From Phoronis australis (lineage: Eukaryota > Animalia > Phoronida): 64,000 nucleotides of DNA. Where the stretch lies: assembly GCA_002633005.1 (NCBI GenBank), contig NMRA01000034.1:643766-707765 (forward strand). Direction: 5' to 3'. Made by a program: the position numbers and the translations under genes. Below the pieces are notes generated by a model that ran no database searches, had not been told where the DNA came from, and saw nothing but the letters and a program-made list of their open reading frames with translations. This document shows, piece after piece, positions 28,314 through 41,600 of the stretch (position 1 is its first letter; the number at the start of each line of letters is the position of its first letter).

Positions 28314-29559
28314 GGCAGTTGGAAATCAAGCTAAATGAAGTAAGTACACAATAGCCGAAGTTCATAATTTTTACCAAAAATGAATAACCATAAATGGATA
28401 ATCACTGATTCAGCTAACATGGAATGTGTTGGCTAAACTGTTTTTAATGTTACTGGTTGACAGCCAAGAAGTTAGTGTAGAAATACCAAAGTAGCATGTA
28501 GTCCCAAAACAATACTGTGCTATAACACTATGAAATGCAGCTATCGGCATACATATGTCAAGTAATGGTATTAAAGTCTGCCTAAGACTCATGGAGCCAT
28601 GGGTACTAGACAGCCGGCAACTGCACTAAGTGACATTTAAAAACTGGATTAATCAGTTTTCGGTAAAGAAAAAATAACAAAAATAGAGACATTCTGTGCC
28701 ACAAAGAAGCTGGGTTAGTGACGTACATTCTGAGCAATAATTAAGATAAAGTTGATGCCAAGAAAAAATCAAACGGCGTTAGGATAAAGAGTGTCATGTC
28801 TGCACGACTCATGAAAAACAGTGTGTGAAAATAATCACCAACTTCATCTGCAGTACATAAAGCTTTAAAAATAAACAATAATGCGGAGGTTAATAAATAT
28901 TGTTTTTTAAATTGGAACACGCCCAGTAAGAAAAATTAGGACACCAACATCATTTATAACAGCTATGTCATGAAATCAGCAGTGGTACCAGTCAGGGTGA
29001 GAGGAGGCCAGAGCCTGTTATATAATGGGGGAAGCCAGTGAATGAAATGGGTTTAATCGCAGGTCAGTCCAGCTGATAACCGAATTCCAAAGCAGATAAC
29101 ACAATTTCAAAATAATGTTACAGTTTATTACAACAATCCATGTACATCATCGGAGAGATAAAAGGAACACAACCCATTCACCAATGACCTTCTTGGAAAG
29201 TGCCAACTTGAGAAGGGATGTCAGAATGCCAGGGTGGCAGAAGATAATGTCAGACGGAAGATTAAAAGGAGCATAAAACAATAAAATCAGAACATGCGCA
29301 TCCCTACCAACTTTTCCAGGAACCAAAGGAAAATGAAATGAAGTAAACAAAGTCAAGTGTTTGATAAAACTACATAAAATAATAAATTAATCACACAAAA
29401 AGACTGCTTGAGGCACCCTACAAGATGTCTTCGTCTACACTAATAACAAACATAAATTTTGGCAAAAAAGATAATCGTTATTTCATAATGTAATTGACAT
29501 TAACATATTTAAAGTAAAAGATACAAAATCACTGTTAATAAGGTACATGAAATCGCAAT

Positions 29560-30121
29560 ATCATCACCAACATCATCATCGCCATCCTAGTCATTATCAT
29601 CATCATCCACATCATCTCCACCGTCATCATCACCACCATCAACATCATCATCATTATTGTCATCATCATCATTGCCATCGTCACTGTTAATGTCACTGTC
29701 ACCATCATTATTATCATCATCATGACTGTCATCGTCATCATCACCACCACCACCTTCACCGTCATCATCACCACCATTGTCATTGTCATCGTCACCACCA
29801 CTGTCATTGTCATCATCACCACCATTGTCATCGTCACCACCACTGTCATTGTCATCATCACCACCATTGTCATTGTCACCACCATCACCTTCTTCGTCAT
29901 CATCACCACCATTGTCATTGTCATCATCACTACCAGTCATCGTCATCACCATTGTCATTGTCATCACCACCATTGTCATCATCACAATCTTCATCGTCAC
30001 CATCACCACCATTGTCATTGTCATCATCACCGTCACTGTCACCACCATCATCATCACCACTATCATAGTCGTCATCAACACCACCATAACCATCATCACC
30101 TTCATCAACACCATCACCATT
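29560..30121. repeat. Compound (CAT/CAC/TGT) trinucleotide low-complexity microsatellite
   Basis: Degenerate catcatcaccaccattgt runs; produces overlapping low-complexity ORFs on both strands. Confidence 0.92.
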
Positions 30122-32619
30122 CTCTTTGGTACTGGGGTGTCTTATTGGAGTCCATCCACTCAGGACTTTTGGAATGCACAAAATATATTCATACACAAAC
30201 CGTCACTACAACAGTTCAGGTATGGACGTATTGCAGAATGTGAAATTTTCACTTGATGGCAAAATTAAATGTAATTGCCTGTCACGAGTTTCTATGTATC
30301 AATCACTTGTTGAGGAGACATTTAGTAAACAATTGCTAGCTGTCCTTGTTTCAGTCACCTAAACTAAACTAAGTCAAGCATGCCAAGCATACCAAATATT
30401 AAATTCCCTAATCACAGAAACCTAGACCTGTAGTTGGGAGAGTCACTCCTATTGTGAGGAATCAGTCAGCCGATTGACACTATACTTTGTAACAGGACAC
30501 TAAAACGCTAGACAAAGCCCGCCATTCACTTGATTAAGTCCAAATAAGAAATGCCTGTTTACAAAGCAGTACGGTTGACCGATTTCCAAGGTGGCCCAAC
30601 TGTTTAAGGGTACAGATCTAGATCAAAACTTGCCAAAGGCTCATCTTGAGACCATTATGCAGGCCTGTCGATGACCTGTATCTTGTACAGGCAAGCATGA
30701 AAAATTTCCAATGCAGGTTCACCACAAAACTCTGAAAAAACTATCGATGCACGAGAAGCACTGCACGCACGCTTTTCAACCCAAATAATGTGTAAGTGTA
30801 TAGAGGTCTTCATAAAGGAAACATGCTGTTTTATACATGAAAATTAATACTGAATCTCGCTCTCGGTGGGTTCTATTTAAACACACTTCCAAAGTCATTA
30901 AGAGCGGTTATGATATCATCAGAAGCTCGCGTTTTATAGAAAATTGCATGCTCAGTTGTAATTTTAGCTTTTACAGCTCATCAAAGTGTGAATACAGACA
31001 ACGGTTGACACCAGTTAGTTGCAATGTTTTGTTTTTTAAAATAGCAAAGCGTCCAGAGCAAGCTACCGACGCAGCGTCAACCAGACGTAGGGCCTTTAAC
31101 AAAACATCCTTTGAATAATAATCAATTTTCACGTCACTTATCTGAGCACACTGACTTAATATCATCTCCGTTCTTGCTAAGTGTCATAACCATCGTTAGG
31201 GCCACAACTTCAAAAGTTGAGCGTTCAAACATTCAAACTTTAGAACAGGCAATTACAAACAACCTTGATTTCGTATGAATTTTTTCTGCTGAGGTAAGTG
31301 CTCGCATTTCACAAACCAAAATTAACCGAACAAAATGACCAAAAATCTCCCCAACATGACAGGTGGAGTTCTCATGTTGGTGGCTGACTGAAAACAAAAT
31401 TCACTGCCAGAGAAGCTCGACCAGTCTTGGTGAAGCGATAGTTTGTCAGATTATTTTCAGCGCATACTGTAACTTGCAAGATAACAAGTAATAGGAAACT
31501 TACTATGTTAGGAATGAAAAAATTCGGCTAAACACATAGAAATGCAACAGCGCTTTAAAGGTTAAATATGAGATCATACCCATTCTTCCTTTTACGTACA
31601 GCAGTAAGAAACTTGAACCCCACCACACATCATGAGAGAGAAGCAAAGAGCTTTTATTTTCAACCACAGACTTAGTATGATACAATAGATAAAAAGTTTA
31701 TGGTCTAGTCCCAGTGGATGTTAATGAGACCAATCAGCTATCATCTCCTCATATTCTTTTTAATGAGGAGCTGTTCAAGTGTAATAAACTTTTTTATTTT
31801 TACCAATTTTTCATCAGTCACCATTAATTTCCAAATAACAACAATTTTATGTAAGTCTACCGGAATGCCACAAAATAATATTTACAGAGGTGTCTTTTTA
31901 CATTCTTATCTCTCTTCCTTCCAGCAAATAAGGTGTTTACATCGTATTTTCAACAATAATTTTAAGGGGAATGTAGTCTTTCCAAACCAAACTCAATCAC
32001 ACCACTATAATGACACAATTCACGGTGATGTTCTTGCTAAAAAGCCTTCTAATGAACAATTTGCTTTGTCACCACAACACTAAGGAAAACTTTTACATTG
32101 AAAAAACAATAGCTGAATTGGGAGAAGATTAAAAGAGCAGTACACATTGCGCCACCTGGTGACATGATGTCACAAAATGAGCACAAGTACACATAGCTAG
32201 TCTACCTGCAAGAGCCAAAAATTGATTTTGAGTGGCATTTTCATACATTTGAGAGACGCCTGAATTTAAATTTAATATTTCAATGAAAATGAATATGAAT
32301 GTCAAAGATTCAACACCAAATTTATGTAGGATTCTAACTATAATCAATCCTCACCATAGCAACTTTCTTTGGTAATGACACACAATTGACCGCTTAGTTA
32401 CAAACAAACGGTTAAAAATGGAAACTTTTTATATGACCTTCTTTGGTTTGAAGGTCAGACCTGCAATAGCAAAAATAGATTGATGACGCAAGCGTCAGTC
32501 AATTTTACAAATGACCGGTGGTTGTTTGCTCACTTCTTGGAAAATGAGAAAATTGGCCTAAATGGCAAGCAGAAAATGACTGACATTTTGTAACATCGCC
32601 CAAATAGTCAATAATTTAC

Positions 32620-32682
32620 CTGATGGAGTTTTTCTTGTGTCTTCAAATAGGTGGCTTGTAGATCACTGTGCTTCAACTTCAC
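32620..32682 (-). CDS. CCDC93: CCDC93 exon 10 ([21 protein letters not shown])
   Basis: AATAG acceptor, CAG|GTAAAT donor, 63 nt; corresponds to the LRASHTSLQARYNEAK segment. Confidence 0.88.
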
Positions 32683-35600
32683 CTATTGGGTAAAAACAGA
32701 TCAATCAGCAAAATCATTCAACCTCATAGTCTAAAGGAAAATACAATTTCATCTTGTCCAAAAATTTAGACACCACCGATGTACTATTTAACAAACATGC
32801 AGCCTAAGACACAAGTATATGCAGCCATGTTTGGAAATATTCAAAAGGGAATTATTGAACAACTGTACTATAGAGAAATTTACGTAAAGAAAAAATGTTG
32901 TGGCCGCCCTGCTTGATGAACACTTAATGTTGCTTCATGTTCCTCAGATATGAAAGTGACGTGCAAATAAAAATACCCCAGGGCCCGGGTTCTAATTTTT
33001 TTACTCAAAATGGAATTTGAAGTTATATGTTTGGCATTTTCTATTCACTTTTGCGTGAACTCAAGATAAGTGTCTATTATTCTATGCTCGGGTACGTAAT
33101 GACTTGCACGGATAATTTTTTAGTCCTAGTCCATTAAGGATAAAAATTTGAGTTTGAGCTCGAAATTTCGAGTTTTTACTCGAGTTAGTAGCACCAATAT
33201 AAGGGTTATCAAGTGCAAACTCAAGTGCGTAAACTATAATGTATTCCAGCACAGTGTAATGTAAACTATAATGTATTCCAGCACAGTGTAATGTAAACTA
33301 TAATGTATTCCAGCACAGTGTAATGTAAACTATAATGTATTCCAGCACAGTGTAATGTAAACTATAATGTATTCCAGCACAGTGTAATGTAAACTATAAT
33401 GTATTCCTGCACAGTGTAATAGCCTCTTATCTTGAGTTCGCACAAAAGTAGCAGAGAAATTGCCAAAAATAATTTTGAGTTCATTTCGAGTACAAAGATT
33501 AGATTCCAGGCCCAGGTGTAATGTATTATCTATATTAGTTACCCTATGCAATGTGTATCACGTATTATAACTATGTGTTTGGAATAAGCGTATGACAAAA
33601 GACAAAACTGGCAAAGGTATTTAGCTTACAGTTAGAAAGCAAAATTTGTTCTGGTCTCATTTTGAGATCTGCGCTCACTGACTAAAAACCCGTCAGCCGT
33701 ATCAATTTCAACCAAGGTTTTGATACTTCTTAAAACCTGCGCCACAAAGACACGTAACCAATGGTAAGCAAGGTTTGAAACACCATGATTTGCCAAACGA
33801 TGAGTAAAAACAAATTTCGCATCATAATTGCTTGTTTCAGGTGGATTTTTTTCAGAAAAAGTGATCAACAAAAATAAAATACCGCACCACCGAATAACAT
33901 TTCCAAAAAAGACAGAGCAAAAACAATTATGCTTTTTTGGCCTTACAATATGAGCTTTCTCTCTCATTTGCAAGTGTCTCTTTGTTTCAGCTCATCATGT
34001 GTCAAAGCACGCATCATGCACACAAATGAGTATTACCTCGTTGATACGTTCCTTCTGCAGTTGAATTTGCTTGTTGAGTGACGCTGTCGCCCTCTTGTGT
34101 TGCTGTACTCCACCTACTCTCTCTGTCCGGTCAAGTTGCTCCAGCTCAGCTTGCTGTAACATGTGCAGATAATGCGTGATACACAAGAGCTGAATTGCGA
34201 AGTCACACAAATCACGTCTGCTCATTTTAAAACATTTCAATCCTAAAGAAATCAGCAAAAGACACCTGTTAAAGGGGAACGTTAGGTTTTGAAGGCATTG
34301 CTATTCAATCTCGAATACTTTATTTACCATAAAAAATATTTGGAACGTTTTTAGCCAATTAAATTAATAAAAATAGCACTTTCTTCAACAGAGAGCAAGT
34401 TCCCAAAACATCAGACTGTCCAAAAAGCTTTTGTGCTCTTCTATTCGGATATCTTAACACAATGACTGTAATACCCGCCAATTTTCAGTACCAGTTCTGC
34501 AGCATAACAGTTAAAGCCACTGGCAATTATGATGCCAAAAACTGCAGTAAACTAATACAACAGGAATTCAACCAATCTGACACACAGCGTTTTATTGTAC
34601 CACCTGATAACAGCGTCACACCTCCAATTTGAATAACTGAATTTAATTTTTGGTGACCACCAAACATAACACAAAATTCGACTTTAAAGACTTGTTTTTT
34701 CAAATACGTAAAATAAAATGCAAACAACAAAACACACTACTACATTTTCACATGCTCCTAAAACCAAAAACAATGAAATTATTCTTCTACTACATTTTTT
34801 GCCTACTTACGTGAAAAATGTCAAACTGCAATGATTAGCAAACTTCGGAAAAAAAATGCATAGAGGTAAATGCACTAAATAACGATAGTACATTTATCAA
34901 TTAAGTCCCTCGCAATGCTAACTAAGTCATGACGAAATCGAAAATTACGAAACAACTTAGGAGGGGTGAATCTTTCTATTGAAGCAATCAATGAACTCCA
35001 TTCTCTCCATTGTTGTATTGTGCGTAACGAAGAAAGCTATCTTGACTTATTAAAAAAAACAAAGATGGCAATGCATACGACTTTAAGACAAGAGGGCCTC
35101 CTAATCAGTATAAAAAGTCAACCCACATTGACTGCAATGCAAATTAGGAAAACTGGCAAGACAAGTGCAAACATTTGACAACAGGACAGTCCCATACAGA
35201 AATCTCCTGCATTCTAGAGATAGGGAACCGCGTTGTTACATTGGTCGTGTTTTACAGATGTCCGGCAGAGTCTAAGAGCCATGCCGGCAATTATCACATC
35301 CATGGATACTTGCCATGTGCTGTTGAAGTCGTATCCCACAGCACAACAGTAAAACTTTGCTGGCATTGGAAGGTCATATATGATTAAAGCAGTCCCCAAA
35401 CCCTTCAAAAAGCTAGACAGCAACAAATAACACAAGAAATTTCAATGGCCAAAAACGAGGCAAGAGAACTGCCTAGTGAAAGTTTCAGCATTTTGGGTAA
35501 ATGTCACGAAATCAAAGTGTCACTGTGTACTCTGGGACCGCCTTATTACATCACCATTAAGTGAAATTGAGAATCCACGAGAGATCCAATTCCGTGAATT

Positions 35601-38600
35601 ACGTCCCCCAATTAATAGTCTGTTTATGTTTCCTCCACTGAGAGAGGATATGTAATAGATAACAAGTGAAACAATAGAAGACTAACCTTATCAGCATAGT
35701 CCGCTGCAGCCTGTTGAATCTGTTGTGACTGTATGCTGACAATAGATCCAACCACACTGGCTGACAGTTTGGCCTGAAGGTAAGACATCAACTGTATAGT
35801 TTTTTTACAAAAAAAGGACAAATGATTCAGCATCTTTTCTAAAATACAGTTCGTTAAAGGGTACAATAACTCCAATGTAATTTCTTGGAATAACTATAAA
35901 CTCATTTGTAGGAGATTCAGGTGCGAAATCACAAATTACACAACTATTCAGCGGGACAGGGACAGCCTTTTTTTGCAGAGAACTAAGGCAAAATAAATCC
36001 TCAACAAAGAATCAATCTTTGGTGAGATTTTGTGATTGAAGAGACTTTTACAAAATAAATTCCAAATAACAAAACATCAAAATTACCAAACCCCCCGCTT
36101 CAATCAATACTATTGAATGGACAATAAAAATAAAATACTTACATCTTTCGTAACAATTAAACCAAAAAGCCACTCGGTAGATCTTAATTGTTTAACACAC
36201 GTTTTCACGAACAACTGTCCAAGCAATACCAAATTTATAGAAGACATTCAACTGAAAACATTAAGCAGCTATTGTACCACCCTTTGTCAAGAAAATGTTT
36301 TTTATTCTGGGTTAAGCTCACTTATTGTTGCAAAGTTTAAGTTCAATTTTCCTTGCTCAGAATAGAAATTTTCCGTTTATTGGGAAGAAATGACAGTTTG
36401 TAATTCTATAAGACCAAGATCGATAAGTTGACTTCCCGACTCAGCAGGTTACTTCATGCACCTAACATGAGTACAATCAATAACAAACTGCTTCCCAAGC
36501 CAGAAAATCACTGCTAATCTAAAAAGACCAGTTTTGTAACCATAAGATGTTACAATCAAAATTTAACCTTTTCTAAGGCAGTTATAAGCAGGGCTTGGAA
36601 TGACCAATGACAAAAAACGCGGAAACTTTTACGGCCCAAATCATGCCCGCTAACCAGCTTTGAAATGGTTAATGTGAACCTTTTCTCGACAAAAATCGGG
36701 AGGACTAAAAAAAAAAAAGACTTCACCACCATCAGTAGCATGGGTCTGCGTCCTTTTAGCTGGCCCGTCCACTCCCAACCCCACAAATTTTTGGCTGCAG
36801 AGCGGTAGTATTTGTCGCCGCGCTTAACAATAACACGAGACGCCATTGAAATTCCCACCACGCTGTCCCAGGTGCCCCGGCAATGTTGACAATTTACGTT
36901 CCTCCGAAACATAAAGAGCAACTTCCGCTTTTCGACGTGAACATCGTCTGCAACGCCGCGGTAAGAAAGGAATTTGCCGCGGAAATTTTATATCAAATCC
37001 GATTTTTTTTTACGCGGAAATATTATAAAAAAGCGGACAGCACATTTGAAAAAAGCGGAAATCCACGTTTCCGCGGAAAATTCCAAGCCCTGTATAAGGC
37101 AGGGTTACAGCCACTATCAAAGACAAATTTATTCTAATGGATTTCTGCTCATTCTGTGACCATTTTTTAATCAAATCCAAGACAATGACGAAAATATTAA
37201 AAATATATGCAAAAACATAAAACACATTTTTCACAACAGAAGCAGAACATAGCACAGTCAAGAGGGAAAAAATGTTGCCGCTAAACTAAACCAAACTAAA
37301 TTCCATTTAATTGAACAATACTGAACAAAAGGCCATGCTGTCACAAACAAGGTCAAGAACAGAGAAAATAACAAATAATTTCATGAATTCCACGACAAGT
37401 ACAACAAAATCTCACCAATTTCGGACAAAAATAATTGCATTATTCAAATGCTTTTAACATTGTTGTGAATGCCCACAAATTCTCAAAATATTGTCCAATG
37501 GCAGCTTAACCGTATAGAAACTTAAAGCAATAAAGGATTTGTTTGGTGCTAAACCTTTTAAATCACAAAAATAATAAAAAATAAATTTCACTAACTTCAG
37601 CCATATTGTGTCCTACATTGGTTGGATTTTACTCAAAAAGCATTTTGACCAGCCATGTACATGACCCAATGCAAAAACATGAGGCAACATCAAACTCAAC
37701 AGGGGGCTCCACTGACAGAGACCAGCAACACGTACCATACGGGGTGATAATGACTGTGAACAATTAAGACAATTTCAGGAAATAGCAACTGTCTGACAAA
37801 AACAAGAATACACTGGGCACATCAATAGGAAAGGCTAGAAGTGATAAGCGGAGGAATTTTTTATGTCACTTTAGTAATAGCACAACAGAAATGAAGTGGC
37901 ATTTCGCCACAATTTTGGAAGCAAAAGGTTACATTAATGAATTACATTATTTACATCATTTACGGCATCAAGCATCATTTAATTAGTAAAAATGAACTGC
38001 TTTGTGAAAAGTATAGTCAGTTTCATTCATAGTACTCCTTAGCCAGAAAATACAGTATACAGTGTTGACACTCTAGCTTCCTACGTGGCTCAGGGGTGAG
38101 TGAGGTGGCACTACACCAAAAGATCGTGGGTTCAAACCCTGGCGACTGCAGTGATGTTTCTGTTGTTCTTAGAAAGCCACTCAGTCTGCATATGCTCCAG
38201 TCAACTCAGTTGTGTAGAAGATAAATTCAACTGGGATGTGCCAGTGATAGTGTACCACACTGGGGGTATTGGCAAATCTTCTGAGACTGCAGAAAGCAGT
38301 ATTAACAGAATGACGTAGACGGTTTGTGAAAACTTACTTTTTACAAGCTTCCATGAATGAAAACCAAATTTTCTAACAATGATAAATGTTTACGACTGCA
38401 TGGACTTATTAGTAAAAAAATCATTTTCTCATTAATAATTAGTCTTGTACTGGACTACTTTCTCGACCAGAAAGACTGCTTGAAAACATTAAGAAGCCAT
38501 CAACTCTCTGTAGTTTAACTGAAGACACAGAACAAATCATGGTCTGTACAAAGTATTCCAAATGACTCGCTTTTGTTTTAAGGAAAGTAAACATGACTGA

Positions 38601-41600
38601 TCTTGTTTTCAAAATGTCGTGCAGTTTTTTAGTTGAGCAAATTGCAATGCAGTGTTCATTTACAAATATTTGCAGCCGTCAACATTCCACGATATTATGC
38701 ACAAACTTAGCAAATAAACATCATGTAGTAATAAAACTTATACAAAACCTAGGTTTCATTGTGCAACCCTTATCATACCTACAATTATACAGGTATACAA
38801 ACACCATACATCAGCAGGTGTAATCAGTCATACCTGATGACCAGCCATTTCCGACATTCCACTCATCAAAGCTTTGACACGTTTCTGAAAAACAAAATTA
38901 ATTTTGAACATTATGTAAATACAAGCTGTGTAAATATTCAAACACCACAATAACCCAAGTTTGGTATAACTTAAGTTCTCAAACTTATTAAAATAGTGTT
39001 CATAAGAGAATTTTTTAAAAACTTAAGGCAGATATCGCACATCAGCAAAACCCCAGCCTCCCATTCCCAGATTACTGGTTGCCAAGAGTTTGTAAAAATA
39101 ATTTCGAAACTGTGATGTGCCAACACTAAGATGTCCAAAACTTTTTTCAGCAATGATAACGTAAATCAAAATTTCAGACTTGAGTTGTTTTGTGCAAGGT
39201 TAGGAGAAAGTCCGAGTTTGAATCCCAATCATTTCAGACTTAACTATAGATCAGGTGAAGTGACTAACATGCCGTGTATGAAGACTAATAATTCGTACTT
39301 ATCAGTCTAAAAGTCTTTTGCTATGTGTCAAAATAATAATTGCGACAGTTACACACTGCCTATATAACGGCCATTTTCTGACACAGCAGAGACACAGTGA
39401 AATCCACCTTGTTGCTAGATGATGCTAAGATAGATGGTGGAGTGTTCTGTATTCTTGAACACATATAATGCGGCGGGTTATTTTCCATCATATTTTATAT
39501 TACAACTCTATCCATAAAAAATTATTGCCACTACATTCGCATACACTATACCTCTTCCTCGGCCATAAGCTGTTCAGGAGTTTTCTCCTCTTGCCCACCA
39601 GCCAACCCCGCGGCAACAGCTTTCTTCTTGGCAGACTTGTCATCGGTCTCGTCAAATGATGTCTTCGAGACACCGTAGCGGCGACCGTACTCAAGCAGCG
39701 TGGAATAAATACGGGTCGACTCGTCACGAATCTTTGCTGCATTTGGTCGCCGATAGCGACGCTGTGGCTTGTACACGTCCTTTACCATGGCAACAGTGCT
39801 GACAGCTTTCTCTTTGGTCAACTCCAATTTTTCGTCCTAAAGTAAGATGGAAACAGAAATCACAAATAACAAAAAAGTTGCTATAAGGTTGCTTTTTTAC
39901 CTCATCAAGATACAACAGATAAAATAATGAATGAAAAATGTAACTTTATAATCCCAAAAGCGATATGAAACACAATTCGGTTGGACACTGAAATATTATG
40001 TTATTGTAGGGGAAATCTGCTATGCACAAAATCCATTTTCAAATGACAAGGCACTAAACGTCCTCATGATTTTCGTTCAACAAAACCAATGTGTTATTGC
40101 ATCTGAGTATTTGAAATTAAATAAACAAATCTTGTGGGCACAGTACAAAGATCTAAAACACGTATAGGGTACAAACATCAATACACTAACGACAGTTTTC
40201 GAGTCTCACATACCTCTGGGGTTTTATGATTTTTGCTGAACTGGGAAATGGAAAAGGCACGAATGTAGTCTCCCATCTCGGCTCTACTCTCGATGGCTCT
40301 CTTCACAAGCCACTGTAAGAAACGAGAGATAATGAGGTTGTTGTTATCAAATGTAGTAACTGTAAAATTTCTTTGCACACAGCATGGTGACACATTGTAT
40401 TTGTTTGTTTTCTCAAATTTTGTCAATACACTATTGTACAATCTAACCAATTCTGACAAAAATAATTACCAAAATCACCTTTTTTATTTTTCAAGGGCTT
40501 TTAAACATTTCTGAGAACACCCGGTTTTTCAAAAAATTGTCTGTCGACAGATATGTTACACAAAAAAAGTTTGATACAGCACAAATTTGATGCTACGCAT
40601 CTTTTATGAAAAAAATCTTGTGACAATGGAATTCCACTCGTTTTACTGTAAGGAAATTTTTCTTCCTCAGCTACACAGTTTGCACTCAACCTGTAAAGCT
40701 GTGGTAACCATTTCCAACAACAATTTCTGCACTTGAGTAATGAGTCTACACCAGGGACCAGACTGCACTTCGTTCATATAACTTGGAAAAGGCTTAACAT
40801 TGTGAAGCAGCTGGAACATGGATAAGTAGAGTAACGATAAGTGAAGCACTAATGCCTGGTCACGAAGCGCAACTGATCACTGACTCATCAACCTTTTCTA
40901 TTTCTTAACATTTTACTTGAACCTTTTTTAATAGTTACTTATGAAGGAATAAAGATCGTCTTCAAAGAATACCTAACAATGACCATATGGTAAATCATTT
41001 TAGAAAAATGAATACACGCTACAGTGATGAGCTTTAGAGAGGTTGTCTATCATGTTGCATTTTCATTTTCCATGAGTTTTTCTGTGATATAAAGCGATGT
41101 TCAATCAGTTCACAGATGTCAAAACATGAGAGTGCTGTTCCAGTCACAGGCACTCGAACCTAACATCCAAAAACCACCCACCTGCACCACAGGGTAGATG
41201 TGGATGAAGTCCAAGCCTTGAATCTGATGAGGCTCGATACGATGCGGACACTTCATCTTGGGCAGAACGGCAACAATCTTCTCAGTGAGGGCACTGAACA
41301 GAGACGAGACTATTGCGTACACAACTGCTAAATGTGGCACATTTTTCACAGAGCATTTTCAGCAACTGGCAAGATCACTCAAGATGGTACTAGTGAATGG
41401 CAAGTGCCAACAATACGGGCCTAGGCTAGCAAAAGGGTGTTCACTGAGAAGTACATCTGAAGGCCCCTCAAAGGATTTTACTACACATTACAGGCAGGAG
41501 TGGAACACATTTTAAGGGCTCATTATTTCCTGATAAGCTCAAGTAATCTAAATCAGCCATGACTCCTTGTTCACACTTTGGTCAGTGAGACCTTGCTATG

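Noticed and set aside
29535-30256. Asp/Gly-rich, Met-rich, His-rich and Ser/Pro-rich ORFs (aspein-like shell protein?)
   Set aside because: All overlap one trinucleotide microsatellite; the Asp-rich frame is split by a frameshift near 29933 and has no signal peptide or convincing splice sites.
33229-33420. CRISPR-like array of 32-bp repeats
   Set aside because: Units are head-to-tail with no unique spacers, there are no cas genes, and the context is eukaryotic.
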